The notes: generated by a model not told the origin, from the letters alone. 64,000 nt of DNA from Octopus vulgaris (GCA_951406725.2 OX597831.1:63922001-63986000); one strand, 5' to 3'. Shown: positions 14,166 to 28,379, counted from the stretch's first letter. Translations and numbers: made by a program.

Positions 14166-14545
14166 ACTACCTTCACCGGATTAGGCATATAATCTAATAA
14201 ACTTTAACCACTCACCGAAACCTTAAAGTTAGCCCATGCCAACCTTTATCAATTCCTATTCTAATGGATCAAAGGGACACGACTCTCCCTTCCCCGTAAG
14301 CTTTTCTGTTTATTATTTTTCTTTTCTCTTCTCTGCTGAGTTTTTCTTTTTTTTTCTTGTTCTGTCTTGTTCTTTGTAAGGGAGTAGCCATGTTTATGTT
14401 GAGCTTGAAATATTGCAGGATAGTACACAGCACGATATACAAGCTCGTCTGAGTTTTGTACAACAGGAATATGAAACTTATAATAGGTCACATTTAAATC
14501 CTGCGTGTATTAAATGGTACACCTGCACAAAGACATATGCATATC

Positions 14546-14610
<65 letters not shown>

Positions 14611-15532
14611 GTATGTCTGCTATATACATATCTACCTATCCATCTATCCATCTTATATAGCTACATATATATATAGAGATAAATGTATATGTATATACAT
14701 ATATACTTATACACACAGATATATACATACGCATCCCCCACATACACATACACGCAAACATGTATATCCATGTGCATCCAACGCAACTGATGGTTGAATA
14801 ACCGTTTGGTGAAATTTTAAATAAAATCTCAAATTTTATAATAAATTGGACCCTATTTTCTATAACGACTTTCAACTTTAATTTAACCACTCACCCACAA
14901 ATATATGCAGAGAGAAAGAGGGAGAGAGAGAGAGAAAGAGAGAAGGAGAGGGAGATAAGGAGAGATGGAGGGAGACAGATAGGGGAGACAAAAAGAGAGA
15001 GGTGAATATGGGTGTAGTATAACTGTAATAGTTATATATATATAAATAGGATGCTTTGGTTTGATGAACTAAGAAAATAAGTAATGTGTTGTATATACCC
15101 ACATTTCCCTTCTTATATACAAAATTTCTGACTAGAAATACCACTTGTGAAGCCTACGGAAATTAGCAGGTGACATTTTCTATGTTGCCATGTTATTTTT
15201 AATAAAATGTCAGCAGTTATAATGTAAAAACTACGTGCATAATGAAATAATGAAAGAATCATTTTAAATGCATTCTAATAAACCAGAATCTCGAGGACTA
15301 TGTAACTTGTTGAGTTTCTCATAGTGTTCGTTTTTTGTAATGTTCGTACACACACACACATATACATATGTAGACGAATGTACATATATGTCTGTGTGCA
15401 TAGACGTTTATCTCTTCTTTGTTGCTTTAGTTCCTCCGACGTTGTCGACGATGACCAAGGACATCATATGGGAGAAGAAGACGGGCCGCGGTGCAAACCG
15501 TACATATACATTAAATACAATAACGTTATAAC

Positions 15533-15600
<68 letters not shown>

Positions 15601-15629
15601 TTGTATGTATGTATGTATGTATAAAAAAT

Positions 15630-15900
15630 ATATAAAAAAATACAAAATGGGACAAGAACGCAAAACACTCAAATAGACGATACAAAAAACACGAACGGGT
15701 CATTCGAAGCCTTCGATCTTCAGTCAAGAACTGGATCATCCTCGCAATTTCGGCTGATTAATCTTGAGATTGCTCCGATCTGGTCAGCCCCAAGGAAAAA
15801 CTAAGCTACGAGCATTAGATTTCTTGGGAAAAGGATCGAATGTATACGAAACAAGGACAGAAAAACGGACGATGTTACAAGAATATAGAAACAAAAAACA
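15630..15900. repeat. dispersed repeat, probably a PLE terminal-repeat relic
   Basis: 15808-15870 resembles 51365-51430, which sits next to a PLE RT fragment. Confidence 0.4.
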
Positions 15901-16083
15901 AAAAGTAATATGAATATAAATACATTATTATTATTGTATTTTTATATATATTTTTTATACAATTATTATTGCGGCGTACGTACACCTTGTTCTCTTATAT
16001 ACTCTTTTACTCTTTTACTCTTTTACTTGTTTCAGCCATCCGGCTGAGGCCATGCTGGGGCACCGCCCTTGTTGCTACCCTCT

Positions 16084-19000
16084 CTAAGTCCAGTTTGCCG
16101 TGGCTGGCCACTGATCTAAGAGAGAGTTTGTAGCTGCTGCCCTTAGGTTACCTTCGTACCTTGCAGTGGGTTCATCTGGGATCCCGGAAAGCAGCTTGTC
16201 TAGATGTTTTTTGAAAATGTCCACATCCGCATCATGTAGATCTCTTAGTTTTCTTGGCAGTTTGTTGAACAGCTGAGGGCCCCTGAACCCCAGGCTATTA
16301 CAGTATCTGCTCCTTACCCTGGATGTGGAAGACGGGACCTTTGGCACCACACAGTGACGTCCTGTACGGGGATTGGAACAACTCTCAATTCCAAAATTTG
16401 GTGCTAGTCCCTCCAGGATTTTCCATATGTACATCACTGCATATCTCTCTCGTCTTCGTTCCAAGGAGTACAAATTGAGTTCCCTAAGCCTCTCCCAATA
16501 GTTCTTTTCTTTCATGGTGGAAATCCTCTTGGTGAAATGTCTTTGGATTGTCTCAAGCTCTGTGGTTAGTTTGACACTATGCGGTGACCACAGTTGGGAG
16601 CAGTAGTCCAGGCGGCTTAGGACAAATGTCCTCCATAGTGTCAACATGGTCTCGCAGTCTCTTGTCCGGAATGTCCTCAGGATCCAGCCAGTGAGTCGTC
16701 TGCACATTGTCGCCACCTTCGCGATGTGTGAAGAAAAAGATGCATCGTCACTCATGTCTATCCCCAGGTCCCGTATTGATTTCGATACTGGGATTTCGAT
16801 CCCTCCTGGACCAGTATAGTTGTGTTGTAATGTATATGTGTTTACAGCTTGATATTGTAAGGCTTGAAATTTACCAGCATTAAATTGCATGTTGTTGTCT
16901 TCAGCCCATTTGTATATGGCATCCAGATCTTGTTGTAAAAGGTCAGCATCAGCTGGGTTTTTGATTGCCTGTGCTACCTTTGTGTCATCAGCATAGCTAG
17001 TGAGGGATGTTGTTTGTGCTACCAAGGGCATGTCAGAGAGCGCCACCAAAAACAGCAAGGGTCCCAAGACTGTGCCCTGTGGCACCCCGCTTGCTATTGG
17101 TGTCTTTCCCGAGAGGGCTCCATTGGCTGCAACCATCTGGCTTCTGTCCTTCAGGAAGTCATGTATCCACTCACCTACTTTTCCTGTTATGCCAAGTCTG
17201 AGTAATTTGTGACATATCACTCCGTGGTCGACTTTGTCAAAGGCCTTCGCAAAGTCGAGATATACCACATCCACCTGTGAGCGATCCAGTAGTTGTTTCA
17301 GTACCCAGTCGTAGTGTTGTAACAGCTGCGTAAGGCAGCTTCTTCCTGGGCGAAAGCCATGCTGTGTGTCAGTGAGACGGTTAGTTTCTTCGAGGAACGT
17401 GATCAGTTTTTTTCTGATGATTCGTTCCATGACCTTACTTATGTGTGACGTCAGGGAGACTGGCCTGTAGTTTTTGGCCTCTGCTCTACTCCCTCCTTTG
17501 TGGATAGGGCATATGGTGCCTTCTTTTAGCGCCCTGGGCAGTTTACCGTTAGCCAAGGAACCACTGAAGAGCTTCTTCAGTGGTCCCGCTAGGGCATGTC
17601 TGCATGTTTTTAGGAGGACTGCTGGGAATCCATCTGGTCCAGCAGCTGAGTTTATTCTCATTTCTTCTATGGCAGATATTACATCCCTGTCTGTTATGTC
17701 TATGTGGTCGATGGTTGTTGTTTGGTTTTGGAGTGTTGTGGCATCAAAGAAAACTTCTGGGTTTGTGATTTGCATGTGCCCCAGAGGGGATGTGAACACA
17801 CTTTTATACTGTTCCTTTAGTATTTCACTTATCCCTTGGAGGTCCTCAGTTAGAGAGCCCTTTTTATCAAAGAGTGGGCCAATCTTGCAGTGTACCGAGG
17901 TGGTTTCTTTCGCAAATTTAAAGAAAGCTTTAGGGTTTGTTTTAATATTCTCTATGGCCCTGGCTTCTCTCTCTGCCCTCTCCTTCTCATAGGAAAGTTT
18001 GAGTGCAGTTTCCGTTTCAAAAAGTTTCAGGTGGAGTCCCTCATTGTTTCTCTGCCGTGCATTCAGTTGCTTCGAGAGCTTAGCTCTTCGCCTCATAAGT
18101 ATTTTCCTGTATCCGGGAATAACGTTCCTATGCCCGCTGGCTTTTTTCTCCGGGACAAACTTATGGCATATGTTCTGTATTGTTGTCATGAAATGTTGGA
18201 AATGTGTGTTGGTGTCTTGTGTGGTCATGAAGTCACTCCAGTCATGTTTTCGGATCTCTTCGTTGATCTTCTTCCAGTTTGCCTTATGGAAGTTTAGACT
18301 GGATAGGCCTGTGGTATTTTCTAATGGCTGCGTCTCAACTAACTCTCTCATACCATATATCATTACCTCTACTAAGTTGTGATCTGAGAGAATTGTTGGT
18401 GTTACCATTATGTTGTGGATGAGCATCGGGTTGCTTGTGAAACAGAGGTCCAAGACATTCTCACCTCTTGTTGGCCGTAGCACTGCTTGTTCCATGAAAA
18501 ACTTGCGTGTGAGAGCCAACAAGGACTCTGTCTGTCTCTGTTCAAGTGATGTCATTCCAGGGAGAGATGGCCATCTGGCCATTTGACTTTCGGAAGGTTA
18601 AAATCTCCCAGCAGTAGAATGGTGTTACCCTGGTCCAGTTTGTCCAGGACTTCTTCTATTCTTCTGAGGCTATCTTCAAACACTCCTTCATGACTAGGGG
18701 TGTCTGGTGGCCGATATGTGACACATATTACTATTTTCGGTTGTTTCATGTGTACTATCAGTGTGTCACAGACTGAGTTTGAGTGTGTCAACAGTACTAT
18801 GGGTGTGACATCTTCACGGACGTACAGGGCAACCCCACCATGAGTTCTTTCCTTCCTGTCTGACCGAAAAACAGTATACTTTGGTATGTGTATTTCTGCA
18901 TCTGCTATACTGCTTGACAGGTGCGTTTCAGTCAGCGCTATGCATATTGCATGGTTGCTTGTGCTTAAGTCCCTAAGGTAAGGAATTTTACTCATATTAG

Positions 19001-19219
19001 TGGGTTTCACCAGACCTCTGACATTCAGCAGAAGCACTGGTGAGATATTTGGGGTGTCAATAAAGGCTGTCGGTGTGGCACCTGGGCTGGTGTCAGTGGT
19101 GGCCACCCTGGGTCCCTTGATTGTGGTGGTCTTGAGTGCTGTTGTGAGTGCCCCTGGCTCTGAAGACGATGTATCCAGGCCAGTTGTCCCACAATTTTCT
19201 CTGCTATTTCCACAAAATT
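16084..19219 (-). pseudogene. LINE ORF2: APE endonuclease + reverse transcriptase, single frameshift near 18570
   Basis: LLLNVRGL, IALTETHL, GGVALYV, TYRPP, LLGDFNLP, LDLCFT, SDHNLV, NYRPVSLTS, QHGFRPGRSC, YLDFAKAFDKV, SGVPQGTVLGPLLF, YADD, LYSLERRRERY. Confidence 0.93.
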
Positions 19220-19378
19220 TCTTTGTTCTGCTGCCGCCGTCTGCATTTCCTCTGCAAATGTGCGCCTTCTCCTTGTTGGAGCATTCCGCACTATGTCTGC
19301 ATATTTCTGGGGCAGCTTGTATTTGTTCTGGTTTTGGTTTCGGTCTTGGTTTTGGTTAAGGCATTTTGGTCGAGTGGT
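19025..19378 (-). pseudogene. C-terminal remnant of LINE ORF1 overlapping ORF2
   Basis: Open frame (NQNQDRNQ..YADIVRNAP..PGWPPL) ends inside the start of the APE; low-complexity ORF1-like composition. Confidence 0.55.
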
Positions 19379-19807
19379 ATATATATATATATTGTACAAA
19401 CTTAGCGGCACATGAAGGCATTTGCATCTGGAGTATGCTTGTGTCATTCTCATATATCTTACGTATTTGTGACACACACCTCAACTTCATTGATTTATTA
19501 TATTGATATGTGTTATTATGCATTCCTTATCAAATCAAACAATGCACGTATATATGAAGATGCAAGTACTGTCCCTGCCTCAGTCTCACTCTCTCTCTCT
19601 CTCATATACTCCCTCCTTCTGTTACACTCCTACTAACTCTCTCCCTCTCTCATTTACTCTTTCTCGCTCTCTCACATACGCCAACGCACAATTCAATATT
19701 TCATACATTCATCCACTGACACACGCACACATCCATGTACACACAAATACATAAATACATATATTTACTTGTGCATGTATATATGTATATGTATATGAGT
19801 AACCCTT

Positions 19808-20250
<443 letters not shown>

Positions 20251-20587
20251 GCAGATGTGACATTTATTTAGCTACTGTTGCATAATTCATCATTGACCTT
20301 CTTGAGAAGCAAACATTTTATAGTTTAATAGTGAAATCAAAATTGTTGCTACGTTTTTTTATTGTTTTTTTTTGTTTTTTTCCATATAACTATTTACCAG
20401 ATCTTAGCTAAAGCTATTTGACAACACGTTGCAATAATGAAAAAATAAAATTTAAAAAAAAAAAAGCATCATTTATCTTTTACAACTTTGGAATGGAAGC
20501 GATGTCACCTAAAATTGGTTTGTTGATCTCAAGAGGACACAACACGTTATTTATGGTAGTCGATGTAGTAGTTAAGTTAGTAGGCAG

Positions 20588-20985
20588 TATACTACTACTG
20601 CTACTACTGCTGCTGTTGCTACTACTGCTACTACTACTACTACTACTATTATTACTGCTACTACTACTACTACTACTACTACTGTTGCTACTACTACTAC
20701 TGCTGCTGCTGCTGCTACTACTACTACTACTACTACTGCTGCTACTACTACTACTACTGCTGCTGCTGCTACTACTGCTACTACTACTACTACTGTTGCT
20801 GCTACTACTACTACTGCTGCTGCTAATACTATTTCTACTACTACTACTACTACTACTACTATTACATTTACTGCTACTACTACTACTGCTGCTGCTACTA
20901 CTACTACTACTGCTATTACTCCTCCTCCTCCTCCTACTACTACTACTACTACTACTACTGCTACTGCTACTACTACTACTACTAC
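20588..20985. repeat. (CTA/CTG)n trinucleotide array
   Basis: Direct reading; explains the poly-Leu ORF. Confidence 0.95.
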
Positions 20986-21597
20986 CAGTAGTAGTAGTTA
21001 TATTTAACCCATGTCAATTCAGATTGTGCAGATCCGTGTTCCAAAGAAATCTTACTCGTGACCATCACTTTTGTCCTTCAAAATCTATGGACATCTTTGA
21101 CTCAATGTGTTTTTCTGGATCTATGTGTATCAATGTGCATCTATATCCAGAGTATCAATATATACGTGCTTGTATATTGAGATAAATACAGATACGTGTA
21201 TCAACATACAGTATTTCAATGTGTATTTAGGGTCACGTTGTGCTAAAATGATTTGATGAAATTTAGTAGATTCTCGAAGGCAGAGTAACCACCTAGTGGT
21301 GTTACTTAACTCCAGGTTAGTCCTGATTCAGTAGACTTATGCATCAAATGAATTCCATCTATGACCATCCTGTTTTTCCATGAGTAGGTCTACATTATCG
21401 ATTAATGAATAATGGGCACATGGAATTGCTTGGTTTGATATCACCAGCTGGCCTTTAAGTTGCAAGAATTAGGTCCAGGCTTCCAACATTGGACCGTCGT
21501 CACCATTCAATGGCACTGCCATCCTATACTCTTCAGGAAATGCCAAAACAAAGCAACAAGCCTTATGGGCTACTTTTCTTCCTTTCCCTCAATGTCC

Positions 21598-22630
21598 ATG
21601 GAATGTTACAAGAGAGTTCGAGCAGTCCTGAAATCTGAGCTAAATGCAGATAACAAGATAATAATGTCCTTATTAGTTCCAGTTGTTATTTATAGCAGGG
21701 AAATAAAAACAAAATTGACGGGAAAATATGTAAGCTGCTGACTTGCAATTAGATGCACCACTCAAAGGCAGATGCAAATCGTCTTTACCTTCCCAGAGCC
21801 CTAGGTGGCTGAGGCGTGATCCAGTTTGAAATCTCTTACAAAACCACCAGGACTGGACTGGCAAAATATCTTGACACTTCGTTGAAAATCACGAGAGGTG
21901 TAAGAAGCTTCATTCTGTCATGAAAGAGAGCAAAGAATTTTCCTATTGAATTCAAGTATAATGCCTAGGTTGAGCAACATGGTGTAAGTGCAGCAACTGT
22001 TGTTGCAAAGAAGGTGAAATCAATGGCAACGAAAAAAGCGTATAAACAATTGGCTGATAACTGGGAACAAAAACCTCTGCGCGGCAAATATGTGGCCCGT
22101 TGCAAACATGCCAATGTAGACCAGAAGCACACCCATCATTGTGGTGATGGAGCTCAGGGCTAACGACAGTGAGAATAGTGGTTTCATCTTAGCTGCTCAA
22201 GCCAACGGAACTACCATGCTCATGTGATGAAAATTAGAGTAGACCCAAAGTGCCGATGCCTCAACGATGAGTTTCAAATAGTGGACCACGTAATCTCTTG
22301 ATGCAAAGTTTTACCACCTGTAGGGTATAAATGAAGACATAACAGAGTTAGCCAATATCTACATTGAATAATGTGTTGGCATTATAAAATCAAAACTGCT
22401 GACAAATAATATAAGCACCACCCTGAGGCTGTAACTGAGAGAGAAAATGTGACGAATCTTTGGAACTTTCCAGTACTTCTAGCAAGAACCATTAAAGCTA
22501 ATAAACCGGATATTGCTGTGAATAGCCATAACAATAAAGACTATTTATTGATTGACATGAGCATTCCTTGTGATCGTAATATTTCGGTAAAGGAATTTGA
22601 CAATCTCAGAAAATATAAAGATTTACTGAT
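21598..22630 (+). mobile_element. decayed R4/Dong-like (RLE) LINE fragment
   Basis: ECYKRVRAVLKSELNA, RLYLP, LWNFP..RTIKANKPDI..LLIDMSIP.D.NISVKEFD..RKYKDL; aligns by eye with 23296-24956. Confidence 0.82.
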
Positions 22631-22769
22631 TCTGTTGTGTCTGGGGAGAGTCATTTTCTTTTTGTGCCTAATAATTTAACACACTCACGGGTAAAATTCC
22701 CACTTATTCCTTATTTTTATTTTCCTAAAATTTTCGTTGCGTCATGCAACCTTTTCAATAGTCTTGACT
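22631..22769 (-). repeat. ~140-bp dispersed repeat with hammerhead-like motif at 22725-22761
   Basis: Second copy at 35445-35580; cua UUGAAAA G GUUGC augac GCAAC GAAA AU UU uag. Confidence 0.65.
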
Positions 22770-23295
22770 CTGTTCGTTATTTACACTGCGTTCCTTTTTG
22801 TTTGTTTGTGCGCATGTGTGTAGGTCAGTGTGTGTGTGTGTGTGTGTGTGAGCCTATGCATGCATGCATGTACGCATGTATGTGTGTATGTATGTATGCA
22901 TGTGTATGTATATGTGTGTGTATGCATATGTATATATGTATGTATGTGTGTGCATCTGTATGTATCCTGCATATTCATGTGCTTGCATGTCCGTGTTTGT
23001 GTATTTTCTATGTATGTGTGTGTGTGAGCGTGTGTTTGTATATGTATGCACCTCTGTCTCCTTGTGTGTGCATGTGCGTTTTGCAACTATGGACCGTGTT
23101 TGTATGTATGGACGTGTATCTCCATGTGGACACGTCTCCATATGTGTTCTTGCGTGTGTGTATATATAGTCATGTGTTTCAGTCTCCATTTGCGTATGTG
23201 TGCTTGTCTGTTCTTATAACCTATGTACCTATGCGTCTGTATGTTGATCTGTTTATTTTCATATTCATATGCTTACATACATATGCTTTTTTTTA

Positions 23296-25178
23296 ATCTT
23301 CCAAGGTGACTCACTTCCACCTCTAATTTTTCGCATAGCCCTAATACCCCTTACAAGTAAATTTAACAGAACAGAGTATTGGTATAGAATTGGCGACAAG
23401 AAAATAAGTCACCTATTTTATATGGATGACTTAAAATTCTATGGCAAAGACGATAATGAGCTTGAAGGACTACTACATACTGTGAAAGCATTCAGTGATG
23501 ACATTCGGGTGGAAATTGGTCTTGGTAAATGTACCAAGGTCACTTCCCAGAAAGGGAAACTGAAGACATCACATTCAGTGATGTTAGATGTTGACACAGT
23601 TATAAAAGAACTTTAGAAGGAATAAACTTACGAATACCTCGGAATAAAGGAGGGCACTGGCATTCAACATGGAAGCATGAAAGAGAAGATCGGGAAGGAA
23701 TGTTACAGGAGAGTTCGAGCAGTCCTAAAATCCGAGTTAAATGCACGCAACAAGGTGTTAGCAATAAATTCCTCAGCAGTTGTTATTTACAGTTTCAATG
23801 AGTTGAACTGGAAAATGAGCGAAATAAGGAAGGTTGACAGGAAAATCCGTAAGCTGCTCACTTGCAATAAGATGCACCACCCAAAGGCAAACGCAGGTCG
23901 TCTTTACCTTCCCAAATCTCAAGGGAGTTCGAGGCTTGATCCAATTTGAAATCTCTTACAAAGCTACCAGAACTGGACTGGCAAAATATCTTGAAACGAC
24001 TAACGACTGGATACTAAAGCTCGTTGAAAATCACGAGAGACGTAAGAAGCTTCATTCTGTGATGAAGGAGAGCAAAAAATTGGCTAGTGTATAATACCCA
24101 GGTTGAACAGCATGATGGAAGTGCGGCAAATGTAGTTGCAAAGAAACTGAAATCAATAGCAAAGCAAAATGCGTATAAACAATTGGCTGATAGGTGGGGA
24201 CAAGAATCTCTGCATGGCAAATATATGGCTTGTAGCAAACAAGCTAATGTAGACCAGAAGCACACCCATCAGTGGTTACGAAGCTCAGGGCTAAAGGCAG
24301 AGAGCAGAGGCTTTATCTTGGCTGCTCAAGACCAGAGCTTATTGACCCGTAACTATCAAGCCCATGTGATGAAAAATGGGGTAGATCCAAAATGCTGATA
24401 CTGCAACGATGAGATTGAAACAGTGGAACTCCTAATCTCTGGATGTAAGGTTTTTAGCATCTGTAGAGAATTAATGAAGACATAACAGTATTGGCCAATA
24501 TCTACATTGAATAATGAGTCGGCATTATACAATCAAAACAGCAGACAAATGGTACAAGCACCACTTTGAGGCTGTAACTGAAGGAGAAAATGTAACTATT
24601 CTTTGGGATTTTCCAGCATGTACAGACCGGACCATGACAGCAAAGAAATCAGATGTTGTTGCGAAAGACCAAAGCAATAAAGTCTATTTATTGACATGCG
24701 CATGCCCTGTGACCATGATATCTCGGTAAAAGAATTTGATAAGCTGAGAAAATATAAAGATTTACTGATTGAAATCGGAAAGATGTGGCATCTCAAGACA
24801 GTTACAATACCTGTGATTGCAGGAGCGTTTGGAATGAACAAAAAAGGAACTGAAAATTATTTAAGAAAGATTCCTGGCTTACCGTACATGCAGGAAGTGC
24901 AAAAGATTGTCTTGACTGGTACGTCACACGTACTGAGAAGAGAATTGTCGCTGTGAATTTTCTTACCTTTTTACCTCTTTATTTTTTGTATACTTTTTAT
25001 TTTTTATTTTTCCTTTTTCACTCTGTTATTCTTCCCCTTTTTCTCTATCATATAACTTTGTAAATGAACAATCTGCTGTGTTTATTTTAATGGCTTACCA
25101 ATGAGTTTTTCTGCCCTAGGTGTCAAGAAGACACTCGGCAAAAAATGGAAACAGGATTGAAAGAAGATGATAATGATA
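23296..25178 (+). mobile_element. R4/Dong-like non-LTR retrotransposon 3' part (RT, CCHC region, RLE endonuclease, 3' UTR ending in TAA-like repeats)
   Basis: FQGDSLPPL, HLFYMDDLK, GLGKC, LHGKY, GFILAAQDQSLLTRNY, ILWDF..TDRT, KYKDL.IEI.KMW..IPVIAGAFG; multiple stops and frameshifts. Confidence 0.9.
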
Positions 25179-26451
25179 ATTCTTTCTACTATAGGCACAA
25201 GGCAAAGAGGGTGTTGTACGTCGATTTAAATCGGCGTAGGATGGGCGGAATGCCTTAAAAACGTGCTTTACGAATAAAGCTTCTTGCACTGAGTTACATA
25301 AAGTCCTTTATTGCTCTGAACACGATTGTTAGAAACCTGTAACTAGAGAGGCAGTATTGTTTACAAAATGCAACATAAAAAAAAACACAATAAAAACGGC
25401 CATAAATTATTTCGGTGTGGTGAGAGAACAGGTGATTCATTCGACTACAGTACCTGATTTGTATTTGATTGAGTTGATCCTTTGAGGAAGGTAAAGGTAA
25501 CCTCAGTGAGATTTGCACCCAGAATGTAAAACGACTTCAAATGGTTTCTCTATTTAGCATAGGGTCGTTCATTTTGGTAGGAACGGTGTAGTCTGTTAAA
25601 TCAACTACGTTGTGTAACCATTTTTTAAATTGTCTTTATGTTTTTGGTCAGTAAGCGTTATTTCCTATTTGCGTCTATCCAGAAATCTTAGGAAATTACT
25701 ACTATTCCCTCGAGACTTTATTCTTGTGACCTGGACATCAATATTTTGAAACTGATCTATTTTCCATTACATTTCAGATAGATTCAGCGGTGAGTTGATA
25801 AAGCAAAAATATCGTTATAGCAAATATTCTGCTCAATACCACAGATTTGCTTGTCATTTACTTGATCTTAAGCCCTTGAGCATGTCCCTTAGTGTTTGAC
25901 AATATGTGCATCTCTGATCATGAGTAGGTGTAGTCGGGGGTAGCATCATAGCCATGTGTTGAGAGGGTTTCCTTAGGGTTTGAATAAATGTAATAGAAGC
26001 AAAGCTTGAAGGAAATATTAGAGGCATTTTCATACATCCTAGGAGTAAGTAAATAGGAAATAACAGTGACTACTCAAGTAAGAAAACCGTGCTACTCAGT
26101 ATTATAGCATAGGACTTGTGGAGGAAAGGCTGCACGGTTTGAGCCCACACCCTACAAAGGTGTAACTCGATACTCATACTGATATGAATTTAATCCTACG
26201 CTGTGTCATGCCCGAATTTCCTATTCTATCACATGACAGTTAATATAATGGCTTCTAACTTTGGGGGAAATAGATTAGATTATTTTATTGACTTTGTAGG
26301 AAAGACGAGCAAAGTTAACTTTAACATCATTAGAACTCGGAATCTAAAAATCCGGAATCAAAAGCGCAAGACAATTTTTTCCAACACTATAACGATTTTG
26401 TCATCTCGTTGCCTGACATCTGTGGACCATGGAGAAGAGGTTTGAAAATTC

Positions 26452-26680
26452 AATACCTATTTCTTTACTAGGGGATAAACAGAGAGGGGACAAACAAGGA
26501 CAGACAAACGGATTAAGTCGATTACATCGACCCCAGTGCGTAACTGGTACTATTTAATCGACCCAGAAAGGATGAAAGGCAAAATCGATCTCGACGGAAT
26601 TTGAACTCAGAACGTAACGGCAGACGAAATACGGCTACGTATTTCACCCGGCGTGCTGACGATTCTGCCAGCTCGCCGCC
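26452..26680 (-). mobile_element. tRNA-derived SINE family A (GGCGGCGAGCTGGCAGAA head)
   Basis: Box A TGGCAGAATCG, box B GAGTTCAAATT, central GCCTTTCATCCTTTCGGGGTCGAT domain (resembles the MetaSINE-type central domain from recollection); many copies in the window. Confidence 0.85.
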
Positions 26681-27516
26681 TTTGTTGCAAATCCAGTACC
26701 CAAGATACACTTTTAGCTTCATACCTATTTTTATTGGAGAAACAGAATACATACCAACCCACCAGGAGCAAAGTATGGTTGAACTAAGGTTCTTGGGGTG
26801 AGAACGCAAATCCTTAATTCATACACTACAAATGATTGCGATATCTGGTGACTATAAAAATCTGCAAGATCTTTTTTAAGATTTAAAGGATAATGAACAA
26901 AACGTGATGCTTCCCTTCACAACTTTGCCACCAAAATTTTCTCTAAATAAAATTTACTCTAAATATAAAAAAGAGAGAACATATATACATACATGCTTAC
27001 ATACATATATACATACATACATACATACATACATACATACATACATACATACATACATACATACATACATACATACGTACGTACATTATCTACTGATGAG
27101 ACATGATGTTGTAGCCAAGATACTGTATAATGAGATCCGTCAGAAGGATAATCCTGAGGCCAGAGAGATAAGAACGCACAATATAGTAGAAGACACAGCC
27201 ATTCATAATATGAAAGATTACTGGTGGAATGTGTAAGTGAAAACCTCAACAAAATGCAAACGTAATATACCAGACGTAAAAGGAATACCTACGCTGAACT
27301 ACTGACAAGTTTGCAGCTACTCTATAATTTATAACTACAATTATTGGGGTGCTGGAATATGTAAAAAGAAAAAAAGAGGCACAAGCACCAATTTTGAGAA
27401 ATTAGATTTCTCAAAAACCAGAAAGGAGAAAATTAATTAGAAGATTACAGATTCAAGCCATCAATGGAACTGTTAAAACTTTATAACACTTTCCAAAAGT
27501 TTAGCATTTAAGTATA

Positions 27517-28379
27517 CAGGGTGGGTGAAAAGTAAGTAGGCATTAAAAATTGGTAATAAAATCCATGTTCCTTTTACAAATTTATTGAAACAAATGATGA
27601 ATGTTTTTTATTACATGGGGAAATGAAAAGAAATCCTCATATTTCAATGTAAGCACCGGTGGCGTCAGTCAGTTTCCTTAAACGACCAGGGATGGAATGA
27701 ACAACCTTCTGAAGGACGTTGTCTGAGATACCACTGAGAACCTCCTGAATACATGTATCCAGTGTGTGAGGTTTTGTCTTGTAACCCCTCTTTTGTGTAA
27801 CCCCACGAGTAAAAATCACATGAAGTGAGATCTGAACTTCTGGATTTCTGCGGTCACAGTCTTCAGGTTTTAGCTCCTGCACGTAATGGGCTTTACACGG
27901 ACGAAAATTCAATTCTTTATGCAAAACCGTACTTATTCTATATCTTGTTAGTCCACTTTCACAAGCTGCTTGAAGTGTTGGTTTTGGCGGGCTGCGATTA
28001 AACTTTTCTTGCACTGTGGCCACGTTCTCGGCTGATCGGGATGCGGTTAGACGGCCACTTCTTGCATCGTCCACAGACCCCCGTAATTCACAGCTTTGCG
28101 TGACAACTTTTTATTGTTCCCGGACGTAGTGTTGCATGCTTACCTTTCCATACAGGTCACCATCTCTGAACCAAAACACTGGAACTTCACACATTATAGC
28201 GTGCTGCTATCTTAGCTCGCTCCTGAAAATCCTGAAAATAGGAAAGAAGAAATACGACAATTAGAAAATAAGAAATCTCCATTAGTGTTGTTTTTTTTTA
28301 AATCTTTACGTCATGACTTCAGTGATACTACAAGTTCTATGAGCAATTTCTAATGCCTAGTTATTTTCCACTTAACCTA
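27517..28379 (-). mobile_element. internally deleted Tc1/mariner (DD..D, maT-like) transposon
   Basis: TA + CAGGGTGGGTGAAAAGTAAGTAGGCATTA with a decayed inverse at 28351-28379; GSVDDARSGR..ENVATVQE, VQELKPEDCDRR, SPDLTSCDFYSWGY. Confidence 0.85.

Larger units (their letters stand above)
16001..19378 (-). mobile_element. CR1-like LINE, 5'-truncated within ORF1, with (GTAAAAGA)n 3' tail
   Basis: ORF1 remnant, APE and RT, short 3' UTR and an 8-bp tandem tail at 16001-16027. Confidence 0.93.

Noticed and set aside
15700-15730. CUGAAGA-containing hairpin on the minus strand
   Set aside because: It lacks a convincing GAAA, helix I and helix II arrangement.
18552-18582. APE/RT frame break as a programmed frameshift
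   Set aside because: There is no slippery heptamer and it falls inside the APE domain; a 1-nt lesion or assembly error is more likely.
20418-21185. 255-aa poly-Leu membrane-like ORF
   Set aside because: It is a (CTA/CTG)n repeat read-through with no domain or splice support.
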